Source of the DNA: Isurus oxyrinchus
Taxonomy: Eukaryota
Direction of reading: 5' to 3'
Assembly: GCA_026770705.1 (NCBI GenBank)
Contig: JANJGN010000065.1
Span: 1,922,001-1,986,000 of the forward strand
DNA length: 64,000 nt
The notes below the pieces were generated by a model. It was not told where the DNA came from and made no database searches. It saw only the letters and a list, made by a program, of their open reading frames with translations. Position numbers and translations under genes: made by a program. How positions within the stretch are numbered: position 1 is the first letter of the stretch; every line of letters starts with the position of its first letter. Below are positions 1 to 11,995 of this stretch, one piece after another.

Positions 1-705
1 GTGCACAGGTATCTATGTGTCCTCGTGCAGGAGTCACAAAAAATTTGGCTGCAGGTTTAGCATGCAATTAAGAAGGCTACTGGAATGATATACGATATTG
101 CGACATGAATTCAACATTAAAGTAAGGATACCATGGTCAGTTAAACAGGCCATTGGCGAGAAGGCATGTCGGAAACTGTTTGCAGTTGGGGTCTCCTTAT
201 TGACGGAAGGATGTAAATTCGCTGGAAGCAGTTCAGAGGAAGTGTACTGGATTGTTATCTGGAATGAGCAAGCAGTCGTAAGGTAATTGGTTTGAGCTTG
301 CTTGGCTTGTTTCCAATGGAATTTCAAAGAGTGAGTGGTGACTTTATGAAGATAAAATCCTGAATGGATTTGACAAGGTCGATGCGGAAAGGATGTTTCC
401 TCTTGTTAGTGGGTCCACGACGAGGGAGTACACTGTTAAAATTAGGGTTCACCCTTATAGCAAAGAGAAGAAGAGTTTTTTTTTCTCTCTCTGAGAGCTA
501 TGTGACTTTGGAACTCTGCCTCAGAAGGTGGGCAATGATTAATTTTAAGGCAGAGTTGAAGATTCTTGTTAGCAAAAAGAATCAAAGCTTGTAGGGGATA
601 GATGGGAATGAGGAACTCAGAACGCAGTTAGATTCACCATGGTCATATTGTCTGGCAGAGAAGGCTCGAGAGACCGAATGACCCACTCCTGTTCCTAACC
701 CGTAT
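1..705 (+). mobile_element. CR1 LINE 3' fragment (degenerate ORF2 end plus tail)
   Basis: Degenerate CR1 ORF2 C-terminal pattern (gtcctcgtgcaggagtcacaaaaa...gcaggt...attaagaaggc), ending in a CR1-type tail (gaccgaatgacccactcctgttcctaa). It mirrors the better-preserved copy at 1110-2391. Confidence 0.7.
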
Positions 706-2920
706 GGAAGGTTGCTCACATGCTGTCGGTTGAATAAGTTAACAGATTCAAACAAATTGACATTTTGGTTTCTTATTGAACTGCGGCAACAGAGAGAGAT
801 GTTAACTGGTTAATACGCCAGTTTTATGCTATTCAGCTAAACAGAATAATGACGAACTTACTCTTCACAGACTAAGTTCAGACACTGCCTGCTGCTGATT
901 ATTCCCCTGCCATCAATGGGGAGTGTCTTGGCTAAGTTCGCTCATTTTGTTCGTGCTACTATATGCACAATGCATATTGCGTTGTTGTTATTCATTATTC
1001 TACTTTTTGCAACTGCTTATCGTTTGGTGAGGAAGTTTTTAAAGGAAAATCAGTTTTTATACTTCATTCTACAATTAACTTTGTCGGTAGCTCAATGATT
1101 TAATAGGACCATAAGACATAGGAGCAGAAATTAGGCCATTCCTCACATGGAGTCTGCTCTGCCATTCAATCATGGCTGACAAGTTTCTCAACCCAATGTC
1201 CCAACATCTCCCAGTAACCTTTGATCCCCTTACCAATCAAGAACGTATTTATCACGGCCTCAAATACACTCAATAACCTGGCCTCCACAGCCTCCTATGG
1301 CAAGGAATTCCAGAGATTCACCACTCTCTGGCTAAAAAAACTTTCTACTCATCTCTGTTCTAAAAGATCTTCCCTTTACTCTGAGGCTGTGCCCTCGGGT
1401 CCTAGTCTCTCCTGCTAATGGAAATAACTGCCGCACGTCCACTCTGCAGGCCTTTCAGAATTCAGTATGTTTCAATCAGATCCCCTCTCATCCTTCTAAG
1501 CTCCATCGAGTATAGACCCAGAGTCCTCAAACGTTCCTCATATGTTAAACCTTTCATTCCTGGCATCATTCTCATGAACCTCCTCTGGACCCTCTCCAGG
1601 ACCAGCATATCCATCCTGAGATACGGGGCTCGTCATTGCTCACAATATTCTAAATGTGGTATTACCTGAGCCTTATAAAGCCTCAGCAGCACATCCCTGC
1701 TTTAGATACTAGACCGCTCGAAATAAATGCCAACTTTGCATTTTCCTTCCTAACTACCGACTCAACCTGCAAGTTAACCTTAAGAGAATCCTGGACTAGG
1801 ACTCTAAAGTCCCTTGGCACTCCAGATTCCTGAATTCTCTCCCCATTTAGATAATAATCTATGCCTCTATTCTTCCTACCAAACTGCATGGCCTATCATT
1901 TCCCGACGTTGTCTTCCATCTGCCACTTCTTTGGCCATTCTCCTAACCTGTCTAAACCCATCTGCAGCTTCCCCGCCTCCTCAGTACTACCTGTCACTCC
2001 ACCACAAATCTTTGTATCATCTGCAAATTTAGCCAGAATGCCCTCGGTTCCTTCATCTCAATCATTAATGTATAAATTGAAAAGTTGTGGTCCCAATACT
2101 GACCCCGACGGAACTCCACTAATCACCAGCCGCCATCCTAAGAATGAACCCCCTTATCCCCACCCTCTGCCTCCTGCCAGACAGCCAATCTTCTATCCAT
2201 GCTAGTACCTTACCTCTAACACGATGGACTCTTATCTTACTGAGCAGCCTCCTGTTTTGCACCTTGTCAAAGGCCTTCTGGAAATCCAAGTAGATAACAT
2301 CCATTGGCTATCCTTTGTCTAACCTACTCGTTTGCTGCTCAAAGAATTCTAGCAGATTTGTCAGGCAAGGCCTCCCCTTGATGAAACCATGTCCTCCAGT
2401 GAGAGATGAGAGATGAATAAAGCCAGAAAAAAATCCTTTCTTATTTTCATGATGTACAGCTAATTCCAGGGGCTCTGAATAATATAGCTAACAATATAAA
2501 ATGGGTAAATAGTGCACTGTTTATTGAGCGCACTGATTCGATACCCATACAGTAGTGGAATAACTGCTGACTGCGATTATTCATTAAGTTACGTCATTAA
2601 CCCCTGGAAAATACAGAACATGAAGGTCTCACTGATACCAACTGGATTTTGCCTGTTTTTATGCTCTACTGGATAATCTCTCCAAAGTCAATCTCTGCAT
2701 TCTGTGCATTTTTCAGTCATCAACATATCAAATTCTTCTCTCTCAAGTACCTATCCACATGCTGCGAACAATCATTTCCTATGCTCGGCTCCATGTTCTA
2801 GTTCATTCCACCATCTGAACACCCCCGCACTCCAGTGTGAGATTCCTTTTTACGAGGACTATCTGTAATTATATAATTTCACTGAGTGTGTCACTATCCG
2901 GAGTGGAACACCTGACAGCA
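705..2920 (+). pseudogene. Remnant of a paralogous GPR139-like intron (segmental/tandem duplicate), interrupted by a CR1 insertion
   Basis: Collinear similarity to the intron of the intact gene. An exact 30-mer, attgcgttgttgttattcattattctactt, occurs at 976-1005 and 10775-10804. Further matches: 2641-2665 vs about 11085-11110, and 2850-2920 vs about 11275-11345. Confidence 0.6.
1110..2391 (-). mobile_element. CR1 LINE, 5'-truncated (RT domain to 3' tail)
   Basis: Minus-strand ORFs give VIYLDFQKAFDKV (2119-2304) and FGRKNRGIDYYLNGERIQES...VRKENAKLAFIS (1683-1889). The 3' tail appears on + as cataagacataggagcagaaattaggccattc at about 1110. Confidence 0.9.
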
Positions 2921-3519
2921 GTGTACATGTATTACTCGGATGATCTTTCAGTGTAAAATTTTATTGACAATGTATCACTAACCAGGGTGGTACAAAATGG
3001 AAACTATTGCTTCCAGTCAGTAGTGTACCAACTCCCTGGAGCTGCCGGCATGTTTTCCAGTTGAGTTGATGCTTGCTGCTGTGGGAAGTTCTTAGGTAAT
3101 ACGATAATAACTTGAAGTACATTGATGTTGCTCTGTTTCCTATTTAGCACTTCCACTGACAAGTATACAACAGGATGATACTGTCACTACATTCAAATTA
3201 TTGAACTCTCCTTCTGCTTGTTGCAGTAAATCCTTTGGCTCTCAAATGCAGCTACGCTGGAGTCTTTGATTCCCTTTAGTAAAATATGCACATTAGCTAA
3301 CATTTTTATGGACACCACAAACGTTGATTGAGCGATAAGAGAAACAGCCATCCTATAGGAATTTAAGAAATAACCTGCAAACATCAACAGGCATTAAATG
3401 TCACAGCTGGAAAATGAGTTGTATTGAAATAGAAAAATTAAACTTGCATACATTGCAGTTTCAACAAGTGGGCCATTATCATGCTTATTTAAAGGAAACT
3501 GATACTCTATAATAATCAC

Positions 3520-3640
3520 AAAAAATACGGCGGATCTGAAATAAGAACAGAAAGAGCTCTAAGAACTCAATCGGCTTGCCAACATCTGTGGAGGGAGAAC
3601 CGGAGCTAAGGTTTCGAATCCAACATGACTCTCCATCCAA
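3520..3640 (-). mobile_element. Penelope-like pLTR fragment
   Basis: Degenerate copy of the motif (aaaacagaaa..gctggaaa.actcagcagg...gcagcatctgtggag) that recurs at 9985, 18750, 23935, 27050 and 59620. Confidence 0.5.
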
Positions 3641-3929
3641 ACTTTGAGCCTGTTCCCCTATGTAATGTATACGATGCCCAAGTTACCAATTACTTGTAAC
3701 TCTGTAACGAGAGTGACATGATAGCAAGGACAATTTAAATATTAAATAATTAAAATAGCTGTAATCAACAAAGTTGTCATTTGCATTGAACTTCCAGGGG
3801 CCATATTAAAGGATTACAGAGGTAGAGATGGGTAAACAGCAATTTCCAGAGTCAAGTGTCCAGGCAGCTGAATTAAAGGCATTTGCACCAGCGATCAAGA
3901 TGGTGCCATATACAAGATGCATTGTAGCC

Positions 3930-4210
3930 ACTTGCCATGCCTCCTTCAACAGCGCCTCCAAACATAGATTCTCTGTCGCCTAGTTAAGCAAGGACTGTAG
4001 GTGCACATGAAAGCGACCAAGTGCATGTTCATCTCTAAGCAACATACCATCCTGATTTGGAATCACATCCTAACAGCACTGCTGGATAGCCTACACCACA
4101 GCGCATCAAGAAAATTACTCGCCACCACCTTCCAAAGGAAGATGCTGGTGAGCCATTAGCAATAGTAAGCAAACGCTTGCCGAGTCAGAAACATCCACAT
4201 CCAGCGAAAT
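3930..4210 (+). mobile_element. LINE 3' fragment (CR1/L2-clade family sharing its tail with the SINE)
   Basis: Reverse-complement similarity to 7260-7600 (ccttcaacagc...ctacaccaca...ctcgccaccaccttc...aaacgcttgcc). Confidence 0.5.
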
Positions 4211-5829
4211 AATAAATTCAAATGTAGCAGGACAAATATATTCGAGGGAGAAGGGCTGACGGATGTTACCTAGATAATGATGGGCGAGGCTTTGGGGGGA
4301 TTAAATCATTAACATTCTGCTATTTCTCAACTGAAGCCAATTGATTTTAGCAAGCATTGTGCATGATGGAGCAGTGCGAAGTGTGAGTTTGGATAAGGGC
4401 AGCAGTATTTTAAATGAAGTCAGATTGTTTAATATGGTAAGGAGGTTACTGGAGAAATTTTTGGAATGAAATGTACTGTAATGTAAATGTTATATGACAG
4501 AAATGCAGTCGGTCAAGTAAAATTAAAGTGAATTGTTGATATTTGTGTGATAGGCAATGGACAGTGGTTTTAGATCATATTTAATGTCATACAGGCAGTT
4601 AAGGTCTTTTCTTCAATTTATTATGACGCATGCATGAAATATGACAAAGGGATTTGTACCTCCCAGACATCTGCTTTGGAACAATATCAATGAAGCACTT
4701 GCTGTGCCTGCTTTCTAAAGCATAGTTATCCATCGAATTCCACCTCTGGCGACGTTCCATTTATTCCACGAACTGGTCGGGGTGTAGACGTTAGTTTGTT
4801 TGTGGCAGTGAGTAAGCTTCATGATAATCCCTTCATCCCGGCAGCCTGTGAAACCTACTCCTCATCCGGGACCTTCAACCGCGGAGAACATCGCTAAAAC
4901 CATGGTGAGATTGAGGCCCTGTCGTTTGGAAGTAATAGGAGGGTTGCATATGTATCTTAGGTGAGTGTGGAAAATTGGAGCTTTATGAATGTATTCAGAG
5001 GAAACGGTCATTGCAAGAGTGAGATGACTTGTAACTTCTTAACAGAGCCAATATCTGCATACCGATGTTGCTCGTGTCTGACTTGTGACTTCTCGCATTT
5101 TCAGCATTAGGCGTATGGTGTTAACTGAAAAGAAAAACACCTAACTGTTGCAAATAGAAACGATGGAAGATACAGGTTGAAAATAATGCTGTCAATAGGA
5201 ATGTTTCTGCCTCTTGAAATGGCAGTGGGAAAACGATCTTAACGCCTAATACCTCTTGCAAAATAATGCATTGCCATCCTATTTATATAATTATTCTGTA
5301 TTAAGATTTTATGCTTGGCAGTTTAATTGCTACAATGCGCCCATTTTACTTTCGTTTATTTTTTATTTTTGTTATTTCAGAAATAGTGAATCCATGTTTA
5401 TTTCCCTGTTTGTTTACAGTGCTAACATTTGTTTACTTTACGGCTCATCAATGGTGTGAAATTTGCTGAAGACTATGACAGATCATCTGCTCAAAGCGAT
5501 GTATGTAATGTTTTATATACATTGTAAACTACTGGACTCATGTTTCGTGTATCAATTTTCACTTACCCCCTAAATCAAAACTGAAGCTGTTGCTAATAAC
5601 GGGTTAGCATTAAACTATTTAACGCATAGTTTTGGATTGCATTACCTTGATTTCAAGAGTTCTGTTACATAGAATTCACAAGACGGGGAGACAAACTTTA
5701 GTGGAAACGCAGCCTCTTTTCCACTTTCCTCATTTAACCTTGTCAGCATAAACCTCTATTTACTCTTCGCTGTTACGGTTATCAATTATTTCCTTTGAAT
5801 TAATCTATGTGGCTCACTTCAATTACATT

Positions 5830-6096
5830 GTTGAACGGGCGTTTCCAGGTCAACCACATTGGTGTGGGTCACATGTCGGATGGGCCAGGTAGCAGCAGCT
5901 CATTTCTTTCCCATCAAGGCATTAGTGAACAGGATGGCTTTTGACAACAATCAGCAATGGTTTCATGGTCAGCATTTGAATTTTAGTTCCAATTTTTAAT
6001 CTGCCAAGTTGGGATTCGATCACGGGTCCCCAGAACATGAACGTTTGTTTCTGGAATACCAGTTAAGTGACCAACCACTGCATCATCGCCTCCCCT
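5830..6096 (-). mobile_element. tRNA-derived SINE (shark HE1-like)
   Basis: On the minus strand the head reads ggggaggcgatgatgcagtgg (A-box-like)...gtgatcgaatccc (B-box-like). The body recurs at 21290-21620 and 54920-55120. Confidence 0.65.
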
Positions 6097-6230
6097 TAGT
6101 TGTCATTTGCTTGGCTTTTAAAGCACAGGCATGAAGTTTGATATCTGCCAGTCTGCTTCACTAATCTGTTCTCCAACTAGTGATTAAAATGTTAAATAAT
6201 ACACCTGTCATTTCAGCCCGAGGTTTATGC

Positions 6231-6362
6231 NNNNNNNNNNNNNNNNNNNNNNNNNNNNNNNNNNNNNNNNNNNNNNNNNNNNNNNNNNNNNNNNNNNNNN
6301 NNNNNNNNNNNNNNNNNNNNNNNNNNNNNNNNNNNNNNNNNNNNNNNNNNNNNNNNNNNNNN
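6231..6362. other. Assembly gap (run of N)
   Basis: 132 N bases. Confidence 0.99.
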
Positions 6363-6364
6363 TA

Positions 6365-9190
6365 TTACTTGCAGGCATTGCACTAATTTGAGGCCCAATA
6401 TTATTTTTAGCTGCTGCGTTACATTGATAATCTGCCCAGAGAAAAATTATTTTGAGGAACATTATTCAATTTGAGGGGATTATTTATTTGAAGTTCTAAA
6501 TTTTAATCGGGAATCACGGTTTACCTGAAAGCGTAGAGTATTCAAAAGTGGATTATTCATGAGTGGCAATTAACTATACCACTGGGAATTAGATTAGACC
6601 TAGCAATTATAAGCCCCAGATAAGCTGGAATATTTTATTCCAGAGTAATGATCTAATTCATTGGATCCAGTTCCTTCATAACGAAGGTGCGTCTTCATCT
6701 TTGGTTGTCTATTAGTCAAGAAAATTAGCGGAAGCTGCCTTGAGTCAGCTTGGCGAGCCCTCCTCACTTTGGGGCGAATACGTTACGACAATCAGCCATT
6801 CAATTATTTATCATTCTCTTACCAAGTTGCAGGATATATTCTTTGGCTTTATCGCGTCGCGTCTATAAGGTCATCAGCTGGCTCAGCCACTGAAGCACAC
6901 TGCATTGCCCATTAACTTGATTTAGATATGAGAATCCTGAGATTAAACCTTATCAGGTTCAGGAATGCGTATACAAATGTATTTTCTTAGATTTATGCTA
7001 TAAATAGAAAGTCATGTTAAATTACTAAAACACATTCTATCTTCACAGCATTGCTGTACGTAAGCTCTTGCAAAATGAAGAGAAACTATAGCTACTTATA
7101 GGATGAGAGATCAATTGCTAAATTTCAAACAGTTTTATAGGGTGCTACATTAGGTTGAGGTTCTTTATGAACTAATGACTATGTATTCATTTGGCACTTA
7201 TGCTGTATTTTAATTAAATATCATTTTAAATTCTGGACTATTTTCGGTCGACATATTATTTTGAGATTCCTGAGTTGTGGGCTGCTCTGGCTGGGCCAGC
7301 ATATATTGTCCATCCTGAGTTACACCTGGGAAAGTGTTGGTGAGATCCTTACTGAACGCAGCGGTCCATGTGGCGTTGGTACACCCACAGTGCTGTTAGG
7401 AAGGGTGTTCCAGGAATTTGACTCAGCGACAGTGAAGAACAGGCCATCTATTTCCCAGTGAGGACGTTAAGTGACTTGAAGGGGAAATTCTAGGTGTTAG
7501 TTTTCCCATCTTTCTGCTGCCCCTGTCCTTCTACATGGCAGCGGTCTTTGGTTTCGAAGCTGTTGCTGAAGGACACTTGATGAATTCCTGCAGTGCATCT
7601 TGTAGATGTACACATTTATGCTGCTTTGGAGCGGTGGTGAAGGAAGGGACTGCTTGCGGATGTGGTGCCAATCAAGTGGGTTGCTTTCTCTTAGGCAGGG
7701 TCAAGCTTCTTGAGTGTTGTGGAAGGTGAAGTCATCCAGACAATGGGGAGTATTCCATCACACTCCTGACTTCTGTCTTGTATATGGTTGAGAGGCATTT
7801 GGGAGTCAGTAGATGAGCCTCTTGTCGCGCAAATGCCAGCTTCTAACCTACTCTTTTAACCACAGTATTTTTGTGGTGAGCACAGTTCGGTTTCTGACCA
7901 ATTATAACCCTCAGGATGTTGACAGCCAGAGATTCAGTGGTTGAAATGCCATTGAACATCAAGGGGTGATGGTTGGTTTGTATCTTGCTGGAGATTGTCA
8001 TTGCCTGACACTTGTGTGATGTGAATGTTACTTGTCTTTGTCAGCACAAGCCTGGTTAATGTCCAGTTGTTGTTGCATTTGGACATAGACAGCGTTTATA
8101 ATTTTGAATGGCTAGATTAGTTTAAGGTGCGTTCTATGCTTGAGGGAAACATTGGTGGACAGTGTCATATTGAGGGATTGCATTGTTCCGAGGGGCTACA
8201 TTATCTTGAGGGCTTATGTTAGTTTCAAATTCTTCCTTGGGTTATGCAGATGCATTTGTTTGAACGCTGTGTCAGCTGTTGTCTCTGTAGTACATTGAAC
8301 GGCATAATTAATAACATTTGAAGTGTTAAGCCAAAGGCTGAAAGATTTATTGTTGGAGTCTTCGTTGTCTTTGTTTTTTTTTTCTGGTTATGTATTAGTT
8401 TCAGCCAATTCTGTGCTTTTATAGAAATTATTTATTTGTGATCCTGTATGATTTGAGGGTTTACATAATTTTGAAAATTTGCATTTACTTGAATCACCGT
8501 ATGAGCTCCACGACCTGTATTAGGGGAAGTTTCTGAATTACACCCAGGCATTGCATTAGTCGTGAAGAGCTCAATTAGACTGTAGCATTCCTATAGATTG
8601 CAGCGACTGGCTTGGTTTGAGCAGCAGTATTTTTTTCAAGCACTATATTAGCTTGAGTATCTGTGCCCAATTTAGGAACTGGATTTTAGGCTGACAGAAC
8701 GCATTTCTTTGAGTATATATATGAGTTTGTCTAATTCTTTCACTTTGTTTTAAATGGCTCTGTTGTTGTTCGGCTGCATTCGCCCGAGAGGCTGTATTCT
8801 TTTTTTCTGTAGTGAGGGACAAGATTAATTAAGTTTATTAGAATTGGAGGCTGCAGTAGCTTGAGAGAATGCTTTGTCTTGCGAACCTATAATTTCATCT
8901 GGGTCCTTTCCTCTATGATGCAACAGTTTGCGCTACTGTTTCAGAAAATGTAGTTTTTCTAGGATGTGTGTCAGCTTCTGGGGCTACGTTTGTGGAGACA
9001 CTGTCGCTTTCAGCTGTTATATTCGTTTTGCTTTTTTTCATCGTTTGAGGGCTCTAATGGCTTCAGCTACTTCATGCGCTTCATGTGCTATTCTCTTTTA
9101 CAGTTCTGTATTAGTTTCTGTTGATAATTTAGATGAAGCTGCTATTTCAGATTTAAGTGGTCTACCGCTTAAGGATGCTGTAATGATTTA
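6365..9190. repeat. Highly degenerate 18-bp minisatellite (consensus about TGCATTAGTTTGAGGGGC), interrupted by a LINE at 7260-8095
   Basis: Consecutive 18-mers from about 8462: tacataattttgaaaatt / tgcatttacttgaatcac / cgtatgagctccacgacc / tgtattaggggaagtttc / tgaattacacccaggcat / tgcattagtcgtgaagag. Similar units occur at about 6378, 6450-6490, 7145, 8195, 8643 and 8850. Confidence 0.65.
7260..8095 (-). mobile_element. LINE fragment (CR1/L2-clade RT C-terminus plus tail)
   Basis: Reverse complement gives degenerate RT-end motifs (aagtaacattcacatcacacaagtgtcaggcaatgacaatctcc; caagacagaagtcaggagtgtgatggaatactcccca) and the tail shared with the SINEs. Confidence 0.7.
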
Positions 9191-9616
9191 GTGATCCAGT
9201 GATACAATTTCCCACTTCAGTATGTTTAAGTGAATGACCGCAATTCGAAAGCGAAGCTACATTATGAAGTAGTAAATAACAACACTCAGAATACCCTTAA
9301 AACAGTAGGAATTCAGTTAGTGAATGGCCACAACACTGTGAAGAAATGGAATTGTAAAAGTTATTAATTAGCACCTGATGACTTTTCAAAGAATATGACC
9401 TTTTATGATTTATACAACTTCTAACATTTAATGGTTATTTATTATAACCCCAAACATTCTCGTATTTGGGATTTTAAAATTAAATATCAGCGATAAATGC
9501 ACTCTATCAGTACAGAAAATTTATTCAGCTGTTACCATTTCTCCATTCACAATTTAATTAAAAAACAAATTCTGACGGTACTGCAGTAGCATTCCCACCG
9601 TTGAGATTTCAAAGGG

Positions 9617-9622
9617 TATAAA
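9617..9622 (+). promoter_or_regulatory. Candidate TATA box of the GPR139-like gene
   Basis: gggTATAAAtg, about 90 nt upstream of the exon 1 ATG at 9708. Confidence 0.45.
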
Positions 9623-9707
9623 TGAAAGGCGCTAGTAATTATCGCCTTACATTACCTTCGGCCGAACATGTCTGCAGCTCGATGAAGCCAATCAGTTAAG
9701 GCAGTAA

Positions 9708-9774
9708 ATGCTGGAAACATTTCATGGTGTTTATACAATATACTTCACGATCATTGTTATCCTTGGTGCTCCTG
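9708..9774 (+). CDS. GPR139-like: GPR139-like GPCR, coding exon 1 (MLETFHGVYTIYFTIIVILGAP + G)
   Basis: Encodes the N-terminus and the first half of TM1 and ends at phase 1 (CCT G). Joined to the phase-1 acceptor at 12309 it gives ...ILGAPVNLVTILILSRGKCGLS. The donor reads GAAAGAG rather than GTAAGAG. Confidence 0.8.
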
Positions 9775-9984
9775 GAAAGAGACAAGCACCATTTAAATTG
9801 TTGAAACCTGCTTATAAATTGGTTTCTACATTTGGCGTGTGACTATTACTTGTTTGTAAAGTGCATACCATTATGCCGTGACATTACTCAGTCAGTATCC
9901 TGAAATTTCTATGTTGTTTTATTTAATTGTCGATTTATAACAATGATCTATTCTCAACTCGCAGATTAACTGATATATCAGCTA

Positions 9985-10178
9985 AAAACAGAGAACTGAT
10001 GATGCTGCAAATCCAAAGCAAAAACAGAATCACCTGGAAAAACTCAGCAGGTTGGGTAGCATCGGTGGAGAAGAAAAGAGTTGACTTTTCGAGTCCTCAT
10101 GACCCTTCAGCAGAACCTTTTCTTGTGTGCTGGTGCTGCCACACCTGCTGAGTTTTTCCACGTAATTCTGTTTTTCTT
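9985..10178. mobile_element. Penelope-like pLTR inverted pair (fold-back) with hammerhead-like motif, intronic
   Basis: Arm 10021-10062 (aaaacagaatcacctggaaaaactcagcagg) is reverse-complementary to arm 10132-10175 (cctgctgagtttttccacgtaattctgttttt). The minus strand at 10079-10116 reads GTT CTGCTGA AGGGTCATGAGGACTC GAAA AGTC AAC. Confidence 0.75.
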
Positions 10179-11422
10179 TTGATATATGAGCTAATTGATT
10201 TCAGTGCATTACTTTTGGTTCTTGAATCACGCAGAAGCGCAGACAAATCATTGCTCGGAGCATCGAACCCTCTGGGACAGCACTGGGCGTGGTGATTAAC
10301 TGGGATAGAAAGTCTGACCCCAGTGGACACGTTTTAATAAGAGCATGTGTCTCTGTGGAACTGAGCTGAATGCGGGTCATCAAGTGTAATGGTACACACC
10401 ATTTTTGCTTAATAAAAACTAATCATTCGTGGGATTGATCACTGCGCACCATAGTAACCCTGCCTTGTATTCTTAAATAACTCGATGGCAAATGGAAAGG
10501 TTTTTGCTGCTGGTTGAATACGTCTATTGATTGAAACTGATTGACATTTTAGATTTCTTATGGAACTTCAGGAAGAGACCGAGTTGCTAAGTGTCCAGTG
10601 AGAGACGCAGAGTTGGACAGCAGTACCGTATTCAAATAATTGGAATAATGACAACGTTACACATTATTGACTAAATACAAACAGTTTCTGTTGTTGCCTA
10701 TTCCCCTTCCCTCGGTTGAGAACCCCTTTCCCAATTGTGTTCATTTTTTAATGTTACTGCTATGTAGGAGTAAGATTGCGTTGTTGTTATTCATTATTCT
10801 ACTTCTGAATCTCACTGAAGTTTGATGAATCGGTTCTTTTCTGTGAACCAGGGGAAGCATATAAACCCAGAAGCATACAATTCAGATTTTTCTAAAACGG
10901 AGCTGCGTCCACGGGCACGGAGTAATGCCATTCAAAAATTAAATATGAATTTATAGTGCACGGTTTTAATGAACAGACGGGTTTATCATCTGTACTGTTA
11001 CAAAGGAACTGATGAATATTGTTCGTAATTTAATTGCAGCTCATTTCATAGGATTTACAACAGAGGAATTTCCATTCGTACCAAATGGATTTTGCCTGTG
11101 TTTATGTTCCACAACAGTGCCTCTCCCTCACAGTCATGCTAAAGTTATTAGCATATCCATGTATTTCCTCACCTATCGATCAATCGAACTTCCCCTTAAG
11201 GCTTTTCACACCATTGGGCCCATGATATAGCACGTTCCTTACTCTGACCATTCACTAGCCCCTTTGGGAATTTATTACCACGAGGGACTGTAAGTGTATA
11301 ATTTTACTGACTGTTTGCTACTACAGGAGTAGAACACCTGCCAACAGACAGGCTGAAGAATGCCCGACCACGAGGGTGTCAGGGCGACGAGCGAAAATTA
11401 GTTATGCTGATCCGTTTTTTTT

Positions 11423-11475
11423 GGGGGGGGGGGGGGGTGGGGGGGGGGGGGGGGGTGGGTGGTGAGGTGGAGGGG
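11423..11475 (+). repeat. Poly-G / G-run tract (intronic)
   Basis: Long G runs interrupted by single T bases. Confidence 0.9.
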
Positions 11476-11574
11476 ATCTGATTCTTCAGAAACCGTGGAA
11501 GGATTCTAATCTAGTGGTAGTTGGAGACGTTCACCAATTCAGAATGACTTTGTGTCGTATGATTAGTCTGTTGA

Positions 11575-11995
11575 AGCATGTCATAAAAACTTAATAACGA
11601 AAGACTTAGCAGGAGTAGCCCACTCAGTCCCTCGAGCTTGATCCGGTATTTAGTAAATTCCTGGGTGATCTGTTTGTAACCTCAACCCCAGATTTCTGCC
11701 TACTGCCTCTTACCTTTCAGCCCTTTGTTAATTCAAAATCCATTGTTCTGTGCCTTAGAACTATTGAAGGTCTCTGCTGCCACTGCATTTGACGAATTGA
11801 ATTCTAAAGATGCACGAACCTCTGAGAGATACATAAAAAAAATCTCCTCATCGCTGCCTTTAATGGGAGGCCCGTTATTTTAAAACAGTGGCTCCTAATT
11901 CTAGGTTCTCACACAAGAAGAAACAATTTCTCCACATCCATCCTGTGAAGATTCCCCAGCTTCTAAAAGTTTGCAGTCAGGTAGCATCTTACTCT
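11575..11995 (-). mobile_element. CR1 LINE 3' fragment (intronic)
   Basis: Same tail pattern as 1110-1500 (agcaggagtagcccactcagtccctcgag...aaatctcctcatcgctgcctttaatggg). Confidence 0.6.

Noticed and set aside
4860-5500. Possible small exons (donor catg|gtgaga near 4904; acceptor ttatttcag near 5380, donor gat|gtatgt near 5500); similarly a minus-strand candidate at 57630-57800
   Set aside because: Only splice-like motifs, with no recognisable coding similarity; cannot be supported without transcript data.
6010-6096. A-box/B-box sequence as a tRNA gene
   Set aside because: It is the tRNA-derived head of a SINE; no cloverleaf, and it continues into the SINE body.
8440-8600. Regularly spaced units as a CRISPR-like array
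   Set aside because: Eukaryotic context, no constant repeat with unique spacers and no cas genes; it is a degenerate tandem repeat.
11423-11475. Poly-G tract as a functional G-quadruplex (also 15830-15890 and poly-C at 26045-26097)
   Set aside because: Low-complexity runs that lie mostly within repeats, with lengths prone to sequencing error. No evidence of function.
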